Shown piece by piece: positions 12,225 to 24,739 of a stretch of 64,000 bases of DNA; positions within the stretch are counted from its first letter, which is position 1, and every line of letters begins with the position of its first letter. Below the pieces are notes generated by a model. That model was not told where the DNA came from and did not search any database. It worked only from the letters and a program-made list of their open reading frames with translations. The DNA is from Laetmonice hystrix. Its lineage: Eukaryota. Position numbers and translations under genes: made by a program. The stretch covers positions 11,906,001-11,970,000 of the forward strand of contig OZ249436.1 of NCBI GenBank assembly GCA_965235115.1, read 5' to 3'.

Positions 12225-14736
12225 TTAACACAGAAATTTTACAATTATGAATACATGCATGATGTACAACAATAACTGTCAGACAAATGACAAAAAATAA
12301 TTATGAAAACTTTTTAGAAGTTTGAAAACCTTAAAGTTGCTGAAATTCTATACAAAGCCATAATTAATTACAAGTAATATGGGTGCCCGGTTCTGCTACA
12401 TCTGTACAGTTGTAGATAAGCAAAAATAACCAAATATTGCTCATAGCTTTACTTACAAATGTCTTTTAAAATTAACAAATGTGGGACAGATTTTATGCCA
12501 AGATGGCCGCCCGTTAATGTTGCCATGGTAACTGCCATTTATCCATGAAGATATTACAGTTTCCATGGCAACAATATACCATCTTGGGGACCAAGTTAAC
12601 ACTACCAGAAAATGGGCCCATCTGGCAGGGAATAAAGTACAAAAAAACGCTATACACACCAACATTACAATGTCATCCAAGTCCTAGCTTGGTGGCCTTT
12701 TTTTTGAATGCATGTTACCACGTACAGTTACAACACTTAAATTTGGTAAGATAAAATTTAGAAAATGGAAAAAATGTCTACCAACAGGTCACAACCACAT
12801 GCTCTAGTTATTAGGTACCTGTCATATTACACTAACATGGTAAAAGATATTTTACTCGTGTATTCTTCCGACAGCAAGGGACGATATATCATACCAATAT
12901 ATATTCAACATTTTCTTGAATCAGTATGAAAAATTAGAAAATATGGAAATATTGCACCTTCACATTCCCCCAGTAATATAATGCACATCAACTAGTGCAA
13001 AATATGGGTTGCTTGAATACAACTGAAACATGATTACAACTTATCTGCATACTGAGAGTAAATACTGCAAATCTGTTTTTGTATTTTTTTTTTACAAAAA
13101 GTAGACCAATTGTACAAAAGGAAGCATCTTTGTTCACATCGAAGCAGTCTTCTCTTTATCAGATGAAAATAAAAATAAATCTGTCACGGACACTACTCTA
13201 ACTAGGTGAACTACTCCGGTGAGTTTAAGACTTCGGTAATGATGATAGTTAGCAACTGTTAAAAACAGTAGATACCTCACCACAGTGATGCATAGGTGAA
13301 ACAACAAAGGGATTTCAAACGTTTCGCGAATACGGACTTAATAAATGAATTCAGTCGTAGTTATTACCTTTAATGTTACCAGACAAACATAATCCAACAA
13401 TCCAGCACTACGTTATGACTTGGGTCGATTTGGAACATAACCTGCAAATGACCTCACCCCATCCTTATAAATTAAAGAGTTTACAATTGTTCTCGCCATT
13501 GACAATAGTAAAGGGGAAAAAAACACCTGGGAAACCACGGACATCAATAGAAACTTGAAGTTGTAAAGCCCACCGTGGTTTTGTCTCACACATGCATCTG
13601 TTAAACACCAGTATATCGTTATAATCAGTCTTAGTATAATTATCAGTATTATAATTATTATGTATATTACCATTATATTTTATGCATGTCTTATTTATGG
13701 AGCAGATGGTGAAAAGTCAAATACAAGCAAATATTCCTTACATGCAGTTAAATTACTTGGTGAATATAGCAATACAATACAACAGGAAAATCTTTATACA
13801 GAAAACGGTCAACCCTTTGGGTTGTCTTGCGTCACTGAATACCTCCCCGGGTCACATTGATTTCAGTTCTCTGCGCACACCGTTGTGCCACCAGTTAAAT
13901 TGGACCTACACTTCTAGGTGTAGCATGCGCCTTCTAGCAAATTCACGTCCGCATCACATCAGATCAGATCAGATCAGACCAGCAATCAAGCTGTCACTGC
14001 AGCGTCAGTGTCAGCTTTACTTAATTATTGGTATCATTATCAATCAGAGCATCAAATAACAGTATCTTCTGCACATCTCATTATCTCATCATATAACAAC
14101 GTCTTTGCCATGCCATGCAATATGGACATTTATGACTTATTAGTTTCTTAGCTTCTAGACACAGAGCATCCTTCAGATGGAGCTGCACTGTCAAAGCTAA
14201 GCCTGCGACAACAGGCCCAGCTACCAATGCCAGTGTCGTGTCGGTCGACAGTGCCTTTGCAGGTCAGTTGCTTGGGAGCAGAAACACACCTTGTCTCATA
14301 TACACCTACATGCCTGTGTTGTGTGGGGATGACTAGAATACATAGTAGTATCAACAATAGTAGTATTACAGATCTTGGCCACAGTGAAAGACTATATTAT
14401 TTAGTAGTAGTACTTTTCATAATTGGTTATAGCTCTGTCTATCCAAGTTGCATTTATGTATGTTATGTAGTATGTATGTTTGTAATGTATGTATGTATTG
14501 TATGTAATAGTAATACAAAATACCAGTATAGTGGTAGTATTATTATACACATGTCACACAACACGCACTTTGGCAATAGGTGCAGAGTATGCCGTAGGCT
14601 TTAGTATCATTAACAACCGCAGTTTAGAACAGTAGAAAATACACAACAGCATCCCAAATGAGATCAAAGTCAAATAAATGCGGAAAGAACACAGTATAGG
14701 TTTCTACTCCCATGCAAGCATCGGCTTCTGTGTACC

Positions 14737-14882
14737 TCACGACGCTTTGGTATCTTTGCTGGTCGAGTTGTTCGTCTGCTGGTTTGAATCCTTGTGAGGA
14801 GGCATGCGCTCGTTCATCTTGTCGAGATACTTAGCCTCCTCAAATCCACTGATCTTGTGTGACGGGTTGAATCCACTCAGGG
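14737..14882 (-). CDS. PPP3CA: Calcineurin A exon 13 (autoinhibitory domain, stop)
   Basis: ttgtag|[31 protein letters not shown]...KAS-TGA; matches the calcineurin AID (FEEAKxLDxxNERMPP). Confidence 0.93.
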
Positions 14883-15223
14883 CTACAACACAATCAGGTC
14901 AACAATTACATTTCATTCACAAAGGTTACGAGGCACAGAACACTAGTATCAACTTCACAAAGTTGAAACCACATATTAAGTAATTTTGTTTGCAGCAAAC
15001 AATCTTTTTTCCTAACAATGAACCTTAGTCCGGTTACGTTATCAAAATTATTGTAAAAAGCAACTAAACAACTTAGATGCATTATATATTTCACGATTCA
15101 CTCGTTTCTTTTTTAATTAATTGAAATTTCGTTGAACTTACCGAGTACCCTACTTTTGGCGAGTCAATGTAAAATACTTAAATATTTATCAACTTCATGA
15201 AAAAAGATTATTTGGATCCTTAC

Positions 15224-15321
15224 CGCTTTTGATGGTGTCCTTTCCTCCAGACAGGGCTCCGATTGGGAGGAGGCCATTGGGCGTCAGACCCTTCAGCTGT
15301 AGGACGCTCTCTGATTCCTCA
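15224..15321 (-). CDS. PPP3CA: Calcineurin A exon 12
   Basis: ttacag|T...G|gtaag; 98 nt; [32 protein letters not shown]. Confidence 0.95.
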
Positions 15322-18300
15322 CTGTAACCAAAACAATATCCTTGAAACACACTGTCTTTACATGTGTCAACGCTCACTCTCAAACAGGACATCACTCAGC
15401 ACAATATAGTATCACACGGCCAACACAGAACAACTTTGCGCAGACAATGTCAAATTGTTGACTCAGACCAGATATAAAAATACGTCAAAATGATTCATAT
15501 GTCCATAAAAGACAGCCAAGTTTCCCCATCAAAGCAAGCTCTCTTAAAAGGGGGTTCCTTACTTCTAACAGCTCCAAGCACTGTCATTATACCAAAAACA
15601 AGCATTTGCTGGGACGTGTGGCACAAAGTTAAAATTACGTACACGTAAATATACATTTATAGAAGCATGCAGTCGATTTTTAAAAATTGATTTTTCTATT
15701 TTTATTTTTCTATAAAATAGTAAAAAAGTTTCTGAAGACTAAGAATGGCAAAATTGATTTGCTACCAAGTACATACAGTGACTAATATCCTAAGTGATCA
15801 AAAATGATTTACATTTCATCTTATTACTGATAATCCAAATGATTTCAAGATATTCATGTGCATGTGCTCAATATACACTACCAATATTTTCCCTTATTCA
15901 CCTATTTTTCTCTCTATATGTGTTCAATGTAAAAGGCGACATTTTTGTAGAATACTGCACTGCACTTGACTTGATTTAATCAAAGCCTCAAAAAATTGCA
16001 CTGCACTGCACTGCACTTGGTAGATCTAAATTAAAGTGAAAATGTATTCAAAAAGTCCAAAATAGAATTTTCAAAAAAGATAAGACAAAAAGTCACTTGG
16101 ACTCTAATCCATCTGCATGCTAACATTTATCAACTAGTCACAATTAATGGACTATTTCCGATAAAGGCTGATCAAAGGGGGAAAAATACTAAAGATCTTA
16201 ACGACTTATTAACAGAATTTTTACATGTGTACTTACCACCTTTACAACACTAATACCTATACAATTCAGCTTCCTATAATATGTACTTTACTAAAAATGT
16301 TACACAGTGAAAACCACATTTGTAGGAATAAGAAAATACTCAAATGAAGAAAGTCAACCAATCAAGAAGAAAGCAGTAGTTGGAACAACTTACCTATACA
16401 TCATATAATAGCTAATACTAGAAACAAAGCTTCACATAAAAGTCTATATTAAAAATGTCTTGGTCTTTGTACTCTTGTGCATTCTCCACTTTGTTGACAT
16501 TTCAGTACCCTCCACTTAAATGTTTATTGGGTAGCGAAATAAATAAATTTGGTATATACCCGTGATGTGCAAGTACGCAGTATAGATAGTCGGGCAAACG
16601 CTGCATCCCTTTGTGAAAGGCTGTCTGCAGAGTAGTTACTTAGGTTTCCGCCAGCTGGCAGCACCCGTATCATTGCAAAATGCAGAAATCGGACTGGCGC
16701 TGCAGGCGGATAAATTTATTTATAGCCTTGTACAGCCACTCAGTCAATACAGGTAGATAGGGTTACCATGTCATAAAGGTTGCCTGTCACTACCGGCTCA
16801 CGCTCAGCACCATTTCACAAATATTTCGAAGCTGGCTCGGTGTACTGTGTGTTACTACAGTCAGAAAGTGGTGCTCCAAGCACGAGTCGCCCTCCGCCAG
16901 CATCCCTCCCATCCCACCACAGGCCGTCTCTTCCTCCTCCTCTTCCTGCTCTTGCGCCTGGTCATTATGGGCAGCAGAGCCTAACCTGGTGGGTGGCTGG
17001 CTGGCTGGCTGGCGCTCACTCTCGACAGCTGCATACACATCTGGCTACATTATTCAGGTATAATAATTAATTGATTGCTGCTTTATGTGGAGCCCACTGC
17101 CGGCAGCTGATGGCTTCCGATACCAAAGGAATTCTTAGTGTTGGTATTTTACCACCCTCCCTTCGCCAACCTCGGCCATGCACATATCAATTACTCAAAC
17201 ATTAACCAGGAAGCGGATGGCAAAGTTTTTGCTGCCGATTGTTATATGCAAGGAGATGCGTCGACCGTCCGATATGTGGAAGCCATTGTGTAAATGGCTT
17301 CTCTGCTGCCAGAAGACAAAACGTCCCAAAGTGGTCTGGCAGAATGACGCTGAGAACGCGCCCAATGTATGCTGGCTTGTATTGGCCAGGCACTGCCTGT
17401 GTACCCATGGTCTATGTCAATGCTGTAGCCATTAGCACTGCGGCAGCCTTAGTGCATTTTCAGGATTGTCCGTCTTCTCGAATGACCCTAACTGGGCCAA
17501 AGTATAGCCCCTGCGTGGCCTTTCTTAGTGCTCCAGCTGTACCAGGATGCTATACCTGGTAGCAGAGCGCCAGCATACAGGTGGCCACCCACGCCCAACC
17601 CTGTCTCTAAATCAGCCAACACATGACGAGCCTCTGCCCACCAGCCGCAGCCGCTTACTGGGTCTTCCCAACACAGCCTTTGGCCCGCAGTCGCCTGCGA
17701 TCGGGTTTGGCCGGCCTCGACCGGGCGGTGGGCGGTCTGGGAGCAGGCGAGTGCTCTACATGCACTGCTACTGCCGCTTCTGTTGGCTAGGTCTACATCC
17801 ACGGGGCTGAGCCATGGGATCCATTCAACCTGTCCTCCTACACCCGCCCGGGATCTTTCGCTGGTCCCACTCTACATACACCCTCTAACCTTGCCTCGCC
17901 CAACCCAGGCCTTCCCGTCTCTTTGACACACATTCCGCTAATCTTCCGGACACCTTACAAACCTCTACAGATCAAACCAACAATCAGAAGCCGATAATGA
18001 ATTATACTGCGCATTCATGAGTACTTGTATGAACGATTATATAAATACTGCTCATATCAAGCCAACAGTATTCTGTACAAGTAATCTCAATTACAATACT
18101 GTATGTTAAAAATCAGGTTCCAAATCTCGAGTACGCAACCAGTGAAAGCTGTCACTAACCAGAATATGATATACAATGTAAATATATCTCTATCCGATAC
18201 CAATGATGACCAAATCTGACACCACTGATAGTCTCAACTTGATATCACTAATCGCCAGAATCAGATATGATAATCAACACCATCTGATATGATGTCCTGA

Positions 18301-19483
18301 ATGTGATATTGAGGATGGCCACAATCTTATCCCCACAATGGCGTGAGTCGGACGCAATATTAATATTTTAATGTCACAACAAGAATCAGGACCGGCATTG
18401 AGTTAAATCTTCGCCACAATCTACAGTCAGTGTATACAGCTCACATACAGATATTATTTTCTTTCTGACGACACTGCCACTAAACACGCACACGGCCCTG
18501 ATCCCGTGATCCTCCACGACTCGAGTTCACAGCCCTGATAATTTCGGCCCTCTAAACAGGACAGGCAGGCCAAACCAGTTCGACTGGAGGCCTCACAGAG
18601 TGCTGATACACAGGGCCCGTACCTCTGTTCAGAATATAGCCAGCGCAAGCTGCTGTTTTGTCAGAGATCACGCGTACTAAATATTTCAAATACAAATCGG
18701 TCTAGCACACGTAGCAGTGTGAACAGCCTACGTCGGCGACAGCTGTGCTTCCGGGTGGCTTGAGGACTCCCTCATATCCAACTTTCTATGACCCCTAGAT
18801 CTAACAGGACGTTTCTAACACAATGCTAACAGTGGAAAACTGATGCCACTGCACCGAGTCAAGTACAAGTAATACAGCCGAGGCTGGATCACTCAGCAGG
18901 TTATTCACCATGTTGTGTACTGGCATCTTTTTCCTGAGTGCGACTCATCTCTGCCCACCTCGACTACCGAGTGCTGGCATCAGCCGAGGGCGGACAGAAG
19001 AAATAAACAACAGAAGGTCTTCTTGTTGTCTTTGTTTCCCCTAGAAACGAGAGTCGCTAAGGTCCAATGGCGCATGTTCTCACCAGCTACATGCATGTCT
19101 CATGAGGGCAGCCGCCACATGTTGCTGTCCGAATCGGCAGCTGACTTGGCATGGTTTCATGACTGGTATCACGTACCAGAGCAAAACTCGCTCTCTGGTG
19201 CTTTATACTGTCCGAAAATAAACTAACCTCAGCACCTACTTGGCCTGATGCACAATCTTCACTGTTTTAACTCTCCCGATTATATTTACATAAATTTCCA
19301 GCTATGACTGACATCCTTTATGTCTGTTGTGTAGACTCCTCACGTCAAAAGAGTCAAACTGAACATACCAATCTAAACTGGACTCGAACAAACTGGGAAG
19401 TCCTAACAGGCCTACAACATACTACCCTAATCAATGAACTAAAATATATCCATGCGTGGCTTTTGGAACATTTATTTTTGTCA

Positions 19484-19594
<111 letters not shown>

Positions 19595-21008
19595 TTACAA
19601 CCCTTGTGGCGGCGCTTGCAACAACATCCAGACATGGCATACAACACACACTAGAGTGGATGATGGCTGCACCTCAACTCGCCACACTGGGTCTCTACTG
19701 CACTACCTCACTGCTCATTTCAAAACAAAGTTCGGACAAAAACATAAAAAAGACATCATTAATCACATGGCAAATTTCAAAAGGGTTTTCTCAGACTGAT
19801 GAAAAAACAAATACCCTCCTAACCTCGCTTTAAAGTTAATCGAAGAAACTCTCCCTTCAAGGAGGGAGGTAGAAAAGTTACTCAGTCTTTTTACATAGGA
19901 AACGCTGATTTTTGCCTACGAGAACTAGCAATGAATGGTTTAAGTCATATGGAGAGAAATACATGTTACATACAATATTTCTCATATAATTGTGTGGACC
20001 GCCCATTTCTTTCAAGGTCGAAAAGGCTTGCAACTTTTACATGCATTTCTAGTGCTTGATTCCTATTTCCTATTCTTGCCCTTTGATGAAAATTCACTAC
20101 ACGCCAAACTCCGGTGTTATTCAACTGGGGATAACCCCTAGAATTACTCATTTCTAATGGTTCCTATGATTCCATTAATGTGGGACACCTGTATATGTTC
20201 TCGGGACACCTTTACGTTCCCATTTATAAGAAATAACACAAATAAAAACAAAATGGTCAATGGTCTTGATGTATACAAAATAGCTAATGATCTGCAGCCA
20301 CCACCACTTAACAAGTAACATGAATCTGTCTAGACATTGAACACTGAGGTAAGAGATGGACTGATGAGCTGCTACATGTCGCTTCTTGTATCCTGCTCCC
20401 ACTATAAATCAAACTTATAATCAGCTTTAGTTTCGACATTATACTGAAAACAACACAAAACTAGCATGCTTCATTATATACCTAGTTGATTATAGTATGT
20501 ACAACGTTACATGTACTAAACTGTATAGCACGAAGCAACATCCAGTATAAATCCGCCATTAGATGTGTACATATATTGTACATATAGCTATATATGCGAA
20601 TAATATAATATATATCATATGTATACAGTGTATAGACGAAATCATGCATGTCAGATATGTATTAGATCTTTTTTTATCAATCATTTGATCAATCAATCGA
20701 TTGATCATTCAATCCTAGAAGGAAAACTACAGAGTTTATTAGTCTACATCGAAAATTCAATCAATAAATGAAACAGTCAATCCAATCACCAAATCAATGA
20801 AATAGAAATGTGAAATGCAAAAGAAACTGGCTTGCTTGCCAACCCATAAAAGAACCTTGTAAGTCAAACCACTAGTCTATCCTTCATGTGACTTAAGAAA
20901 GAATGTCACTGGATTAAAAGCAATGCAGCAAACCCATTAAAGGGAAGTGTTTATATGAAACTTAAACGCTACCTTCATGGTGCAGATTTTTAGCAAACTA
21001 AATCCTAC

Positions 21009-21029
21009 CTAGTGGAGAAATTGCAAGAA
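21009..21029 (-). CDS. PPP3CA: Candidate 21-nt alternative microexon (VLAISPL)
   Basis: ctctgctttccttaatactgttcag|TTCTTGCAATTTCTCCACTAG|gtagga; phase 1/1, no stop. Confidence 0.35.
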   Translation of the reverse strand, partial: FLQFLH

Positions 21030-21137
21030 CTGAACAGTATTAAGGAAAGCAGAGTATAATTGTCAGGGCTAGCACCAGCTGGGGTGGTTACTGCCTAGAA
21101 GTTAAAGTAATGGTGAACAGAAGCAACATCCTCTTAC

Positions 21138-21149
21138 CATCGACACCTT
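21138..21149 (-). CDS. PPP3CA: Candidate 12-nt alternative microexon (EGVD; NAGNAG variant 9 nt GVD)
   Basis: gcaagcag|AAGGTGTCGATG|gtaaga; phase 1/1; acidic/Gly content fits the linker. Confidence 0.45.
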
Positions 21150-22503
21150 CTGCTTGCCAGGGCGGATATGAAGCATTTAAGTAAGACACAAATATTATGA
21201 AAAACGTCAACAGAATCCTAGAGCTATATGAGGAAGTCTACTCAAAACTAACGCAAAGACCATAGTCTAATGGAAAGCGCTAGCCCTGAAGTTGGCAAAA
21301 TACGTTTACAAAATTCTCACTCATCAATCAATGCCGGCTAACTCGAGCCAACCATTGCAACATTAGTAATAAAATACACAAGGTTTCATGTACACATTAC
21401 TTTCTGATATCCATTACAATGCTGTTATTGAAAGCAACTGACAAAGCTTAAAATCACTCGCTCTAATGACCAAGTCCTACGGAAATCTATTACTACTTGT
21501 TTCAACTGAATTCCTTCTAGCTGAATCATTCCAATTCTTCAATCTGAGGTGTGTATTGAACTTCTCAAACCTACACGGCTATAGGTCCAGCTGTTGCAGG
21601 CAACTACCGGAATTTTTTATGAGAATCAACAACTTGTCAGTTGCATTACATATAGGCTCTGGGGCATTAAAAACCATTATTTTCAAGGATCGAACTTTTT
21701 CTCTCACACACAATGTACACTGCGCTGTTGGAACTTCAGTGAGTCAGTAGGGGCAGAGCAGGTAGACGACAGCACGCTCATCATACAAACATGTCAAGAT
21801 GAAATGAAACGGATGATCGATCAGACACCAAAGTGCAATGTCATCAATACTGAGGCTTTAGGTTGAATCAAACACTTCCTAGCATGCTTGTCAGAACTCG
21901 CTTTGAAATAATTCCACCAAGAATTGGTCTCAGCTCCATGTCAAGAGGGAAAATCGGTTGTTGTTCTTTGTGCGATTTTTTGAAGTCAACTGTTAGGAAA
22001 TCTAAAGAGAGATGATATATTACATGTTTGCTTCTGATGAAGGTGTTGTCTCTTCTGCTTAATGGGACCCTGAAACAAACTATTCATGATCAACATGCTT
22101 CCAGATCAAAATTCAGGAAGTGATTCATAAATGAAATTGAGATGCATCCACACAGTGACAAGGTAGGCTAAATCCACTCCAATCTTATCACTGGTCCCAG
22201 GAGAATACAACTAGCGTCTGTATGAAGCAGTCATGGGACTGTGACAAGGGTTTGGAGGTCGTTGAAGGGCGACTGTTGTTGGGCCGTGACTGCCACCACT
22301 GCCTTGACTTAACAGGCACGAGCCCCAGTTGGAGCAGGGGTAGGAGGTGGTAGGTTACTGTTAATAAGCAGTGCACCTCTGTTGGCTGTCATTTAGACTT
22401 GATGTCATTGCCATCAGAGACGGGTGACTGGGAGAAGGTCACTATGTCCAGTTCCATCTGAGTGCAGTGTTGTGTGGTGCAACACGTAACTAGTGTGACT
22501 TAC

Positions 22504-22515
22504 CATTGCGTGGCC
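22504..22515 (-). CDS. PPP3CA: Candidate 12-nt alternative microexon (GPRN)
   Basis: ctgtttttctctttttcatctttggtcaccttgataccctttgcatgcctatccag|GGCCACGCAATG|gtaagt; long AG-free pyrimidine tract, consensus donor, phase 1/1. Confidence 0.65.
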
Positions 22516-24661
22516 CTGGATAGGCATGCAAAGGGTATCAAGGTGACCAAAGATGAAAAAGAGAAAAACAGTGCCATTAAACAATCCCTGCCTTCAAACC
22601 AATAGAATGAGAGTTGGCCGAGTGTGGATTCATGTTACACCATACAACAGCATGCGTCATAAACTGACTACTAGAAGTTTAGAAGCTTTGAAATCACCTC
22701 CACCCATGCCGTTGAGCGATTCTGTTGTGTCCCCTTTTTCATGAAGAGATGACGGTTTAAGAGAATCACATGCCAATTAGGTTCATGTCTACCGTCTAAA
22801 CTACTTACATGGCTTTGATCTATAATTACTGCCATGTATGAATATAATTTATTCCCCGATTATTTTGCTTTCAGTCCGCAAATTTTCCGTAATGAACTTT
22901 TACAACCGCTTTTAATAGGAACGGCCTATTTGAAGTGGCACATAGCAGGAATCTGTAAGTTACAACTTATAAATGTTAGTGTTTAGAATTCCATGTGGTA
23001 GCACAAAGTCGAATTTAACACAGGGATTGGTTCTCCACTTAAATTAAAAATCAAAGGTTTACAGCAGTAGATTCTGCATGCTGTTGTTTGCCTGGTTTCT
23101 TGCACATGCTTTGGTAACATTTATCCAATGCATTAAATGAAACCTGAAGCAGAGATGAAAATGGTGTCAGCCAATCCATAGCAGGTGTCAAACTAGTGCT
23201 GACCAAAGATACAGGTCTGATGGTGTCAAAACTGGAGTGAACTAAGGTGGTTGTAAAAACATACGACCATGTTTAGTGATCATTGCAACGAAGGTGAACA
23301 GAAGTGCCTGGTAACCAAACACAGCTGCCTTGCCTAGTAACAGTAACCAAAGTGACAGAAATGTGGCCGGGGTGGTCTGCCAGTACAGCACAGTGGTGAG
23401 AACCACCAACAGTTCCGATATTACGGAGAGTAGGTTTGCAAGCCCAGGACAGGCGGCGGCAGTGGCGGCGGCTGCTACTGCTGCCGTTCTTCTTCAGGTT
23501 GTTTCTGTTAGTGTGGCTACCAGTGTCGCCGCTGCACACAGGTGAACGCTAGTCTCAGGGAAGCTGGACGGGATGGGATGATGGAGCGCCAGTGCCACAG
23601 TTCACAGTCGGTCATAGAGCTTCTTCAGCCGTAGTCAGGATTCAAAGGCCAAAGAGCCATTTCCTATTTCTGAGCCAGTACAATTGACCTGACAACTACC
23701 AACTCCTTGAAGTAGCAGGCCACTGCATTTAGCGAGGGATATGTTTCTCTTGACAGCAGTGGACAGCCATCTCTCCAGCAACAGCCACGCTACATAGGCC
23801 AGTTTCTTAGCTGCGTTTAGTTTCAATCTGTTCTGGAAAAAGGTGCTGCAACTGGAAAACTGAACAGCGATCTTCAAAAATTCACCAGCCCACAACACAC
23901 CAGCCACTCTGTCCCATACTGCAAGGTGCCTGAATGTCAAGGTGCCCGACACAGTTTTAGGATGAACAGTCATCTCTGTATGCAGTTTTGTTAATGCATC
24001 AGCTGGCAAATCACTAGCAGTCACACAAAACGACTTTTTATTACTATTCTACATGTTTAAGCAGGTCAAACATAGCTAACTAAGCACGTAACCAATGCCT
24101 ACTTCTTTGCATATGCTTTTATGTCTGCATTCTTCCTAAATTTTGTACTTGGAACAATTAAGCACAATCAGTACCAGGTCTTCATTCAAGAAAATATTCC
24201 CCGTTCCATGCACGTGAAACAAAATAGCATTAAGTTCTTTCCATTCATTGCTAAAATTCAAGGATGTGCAGAAGATTCAGCTTCCCATTCTAAATCCGTT
24301 ATTAAAAATAGCATAAGCATTTTGTACTTAGATTTTCTGTGTGTGTATGAGTATTGCAGCAAGTTAAATATCTGTATATATTAAAATATAATTTATATAA
24401 AAATTCTTTAATTTTCTATAATTTTATTTTTTGAGTTAGCAAAACCAGAAACATAGTAGTCTATGATGTATATCTGGATGTCAGGCACCTTGTAGTAGGA
24501 CAGAATGCATGTGTTGTGTTCGCAGGTTGGTGTAGTGTGTATATCGGTTCTGTGGGAGAAGATCATTGTTGCATGCTGTTAATATCATGCACCTCAAGAG
24601 TCATGCCAATCTCTCATAACAACAGACCAACACACGTGGTCAAGGCGGTGCCAGTACCTAC

Positions 24662-24739
24662 CTTCAAACGTATCATCCCCCTCCGTCATCAGTTCGTCGT
24701 CGGAGCAGATGTTGAGCACATTGACCAGCATCTCAGTCA
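24662..24739 (-). CDS. PPP3CA: Calcineurin A exon 10 (end of CnB-binding helix)
   Basis: tgcag|TG...G|gtaggt; 78 nt; [26 protein letters not shown]. Confidence 0.95.

Noticed and set aside
15142..15149. 8-nt segment with GTAAGT donor in the last calcineurin intron
   Set aside because: Not a multiple of 3 and purine-rich acceptor; no equivalent of the vertebrate 30-nt exon was found here.
15195..15223. CnA-beta1-style read-through of exon 12
   Set aside because: Only [13 protein letters not shown]; no LxVP-like motif or Cys.
22059..22069. Acceptor tttgtttcag giving GSH-stop
   Set aside because: Short acceptor-like strings are common; no donor or other support.
22809..22819. 11-nt microexon candidate
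   Set aside because: Frameshifting and lacks a pyrimidine tract.
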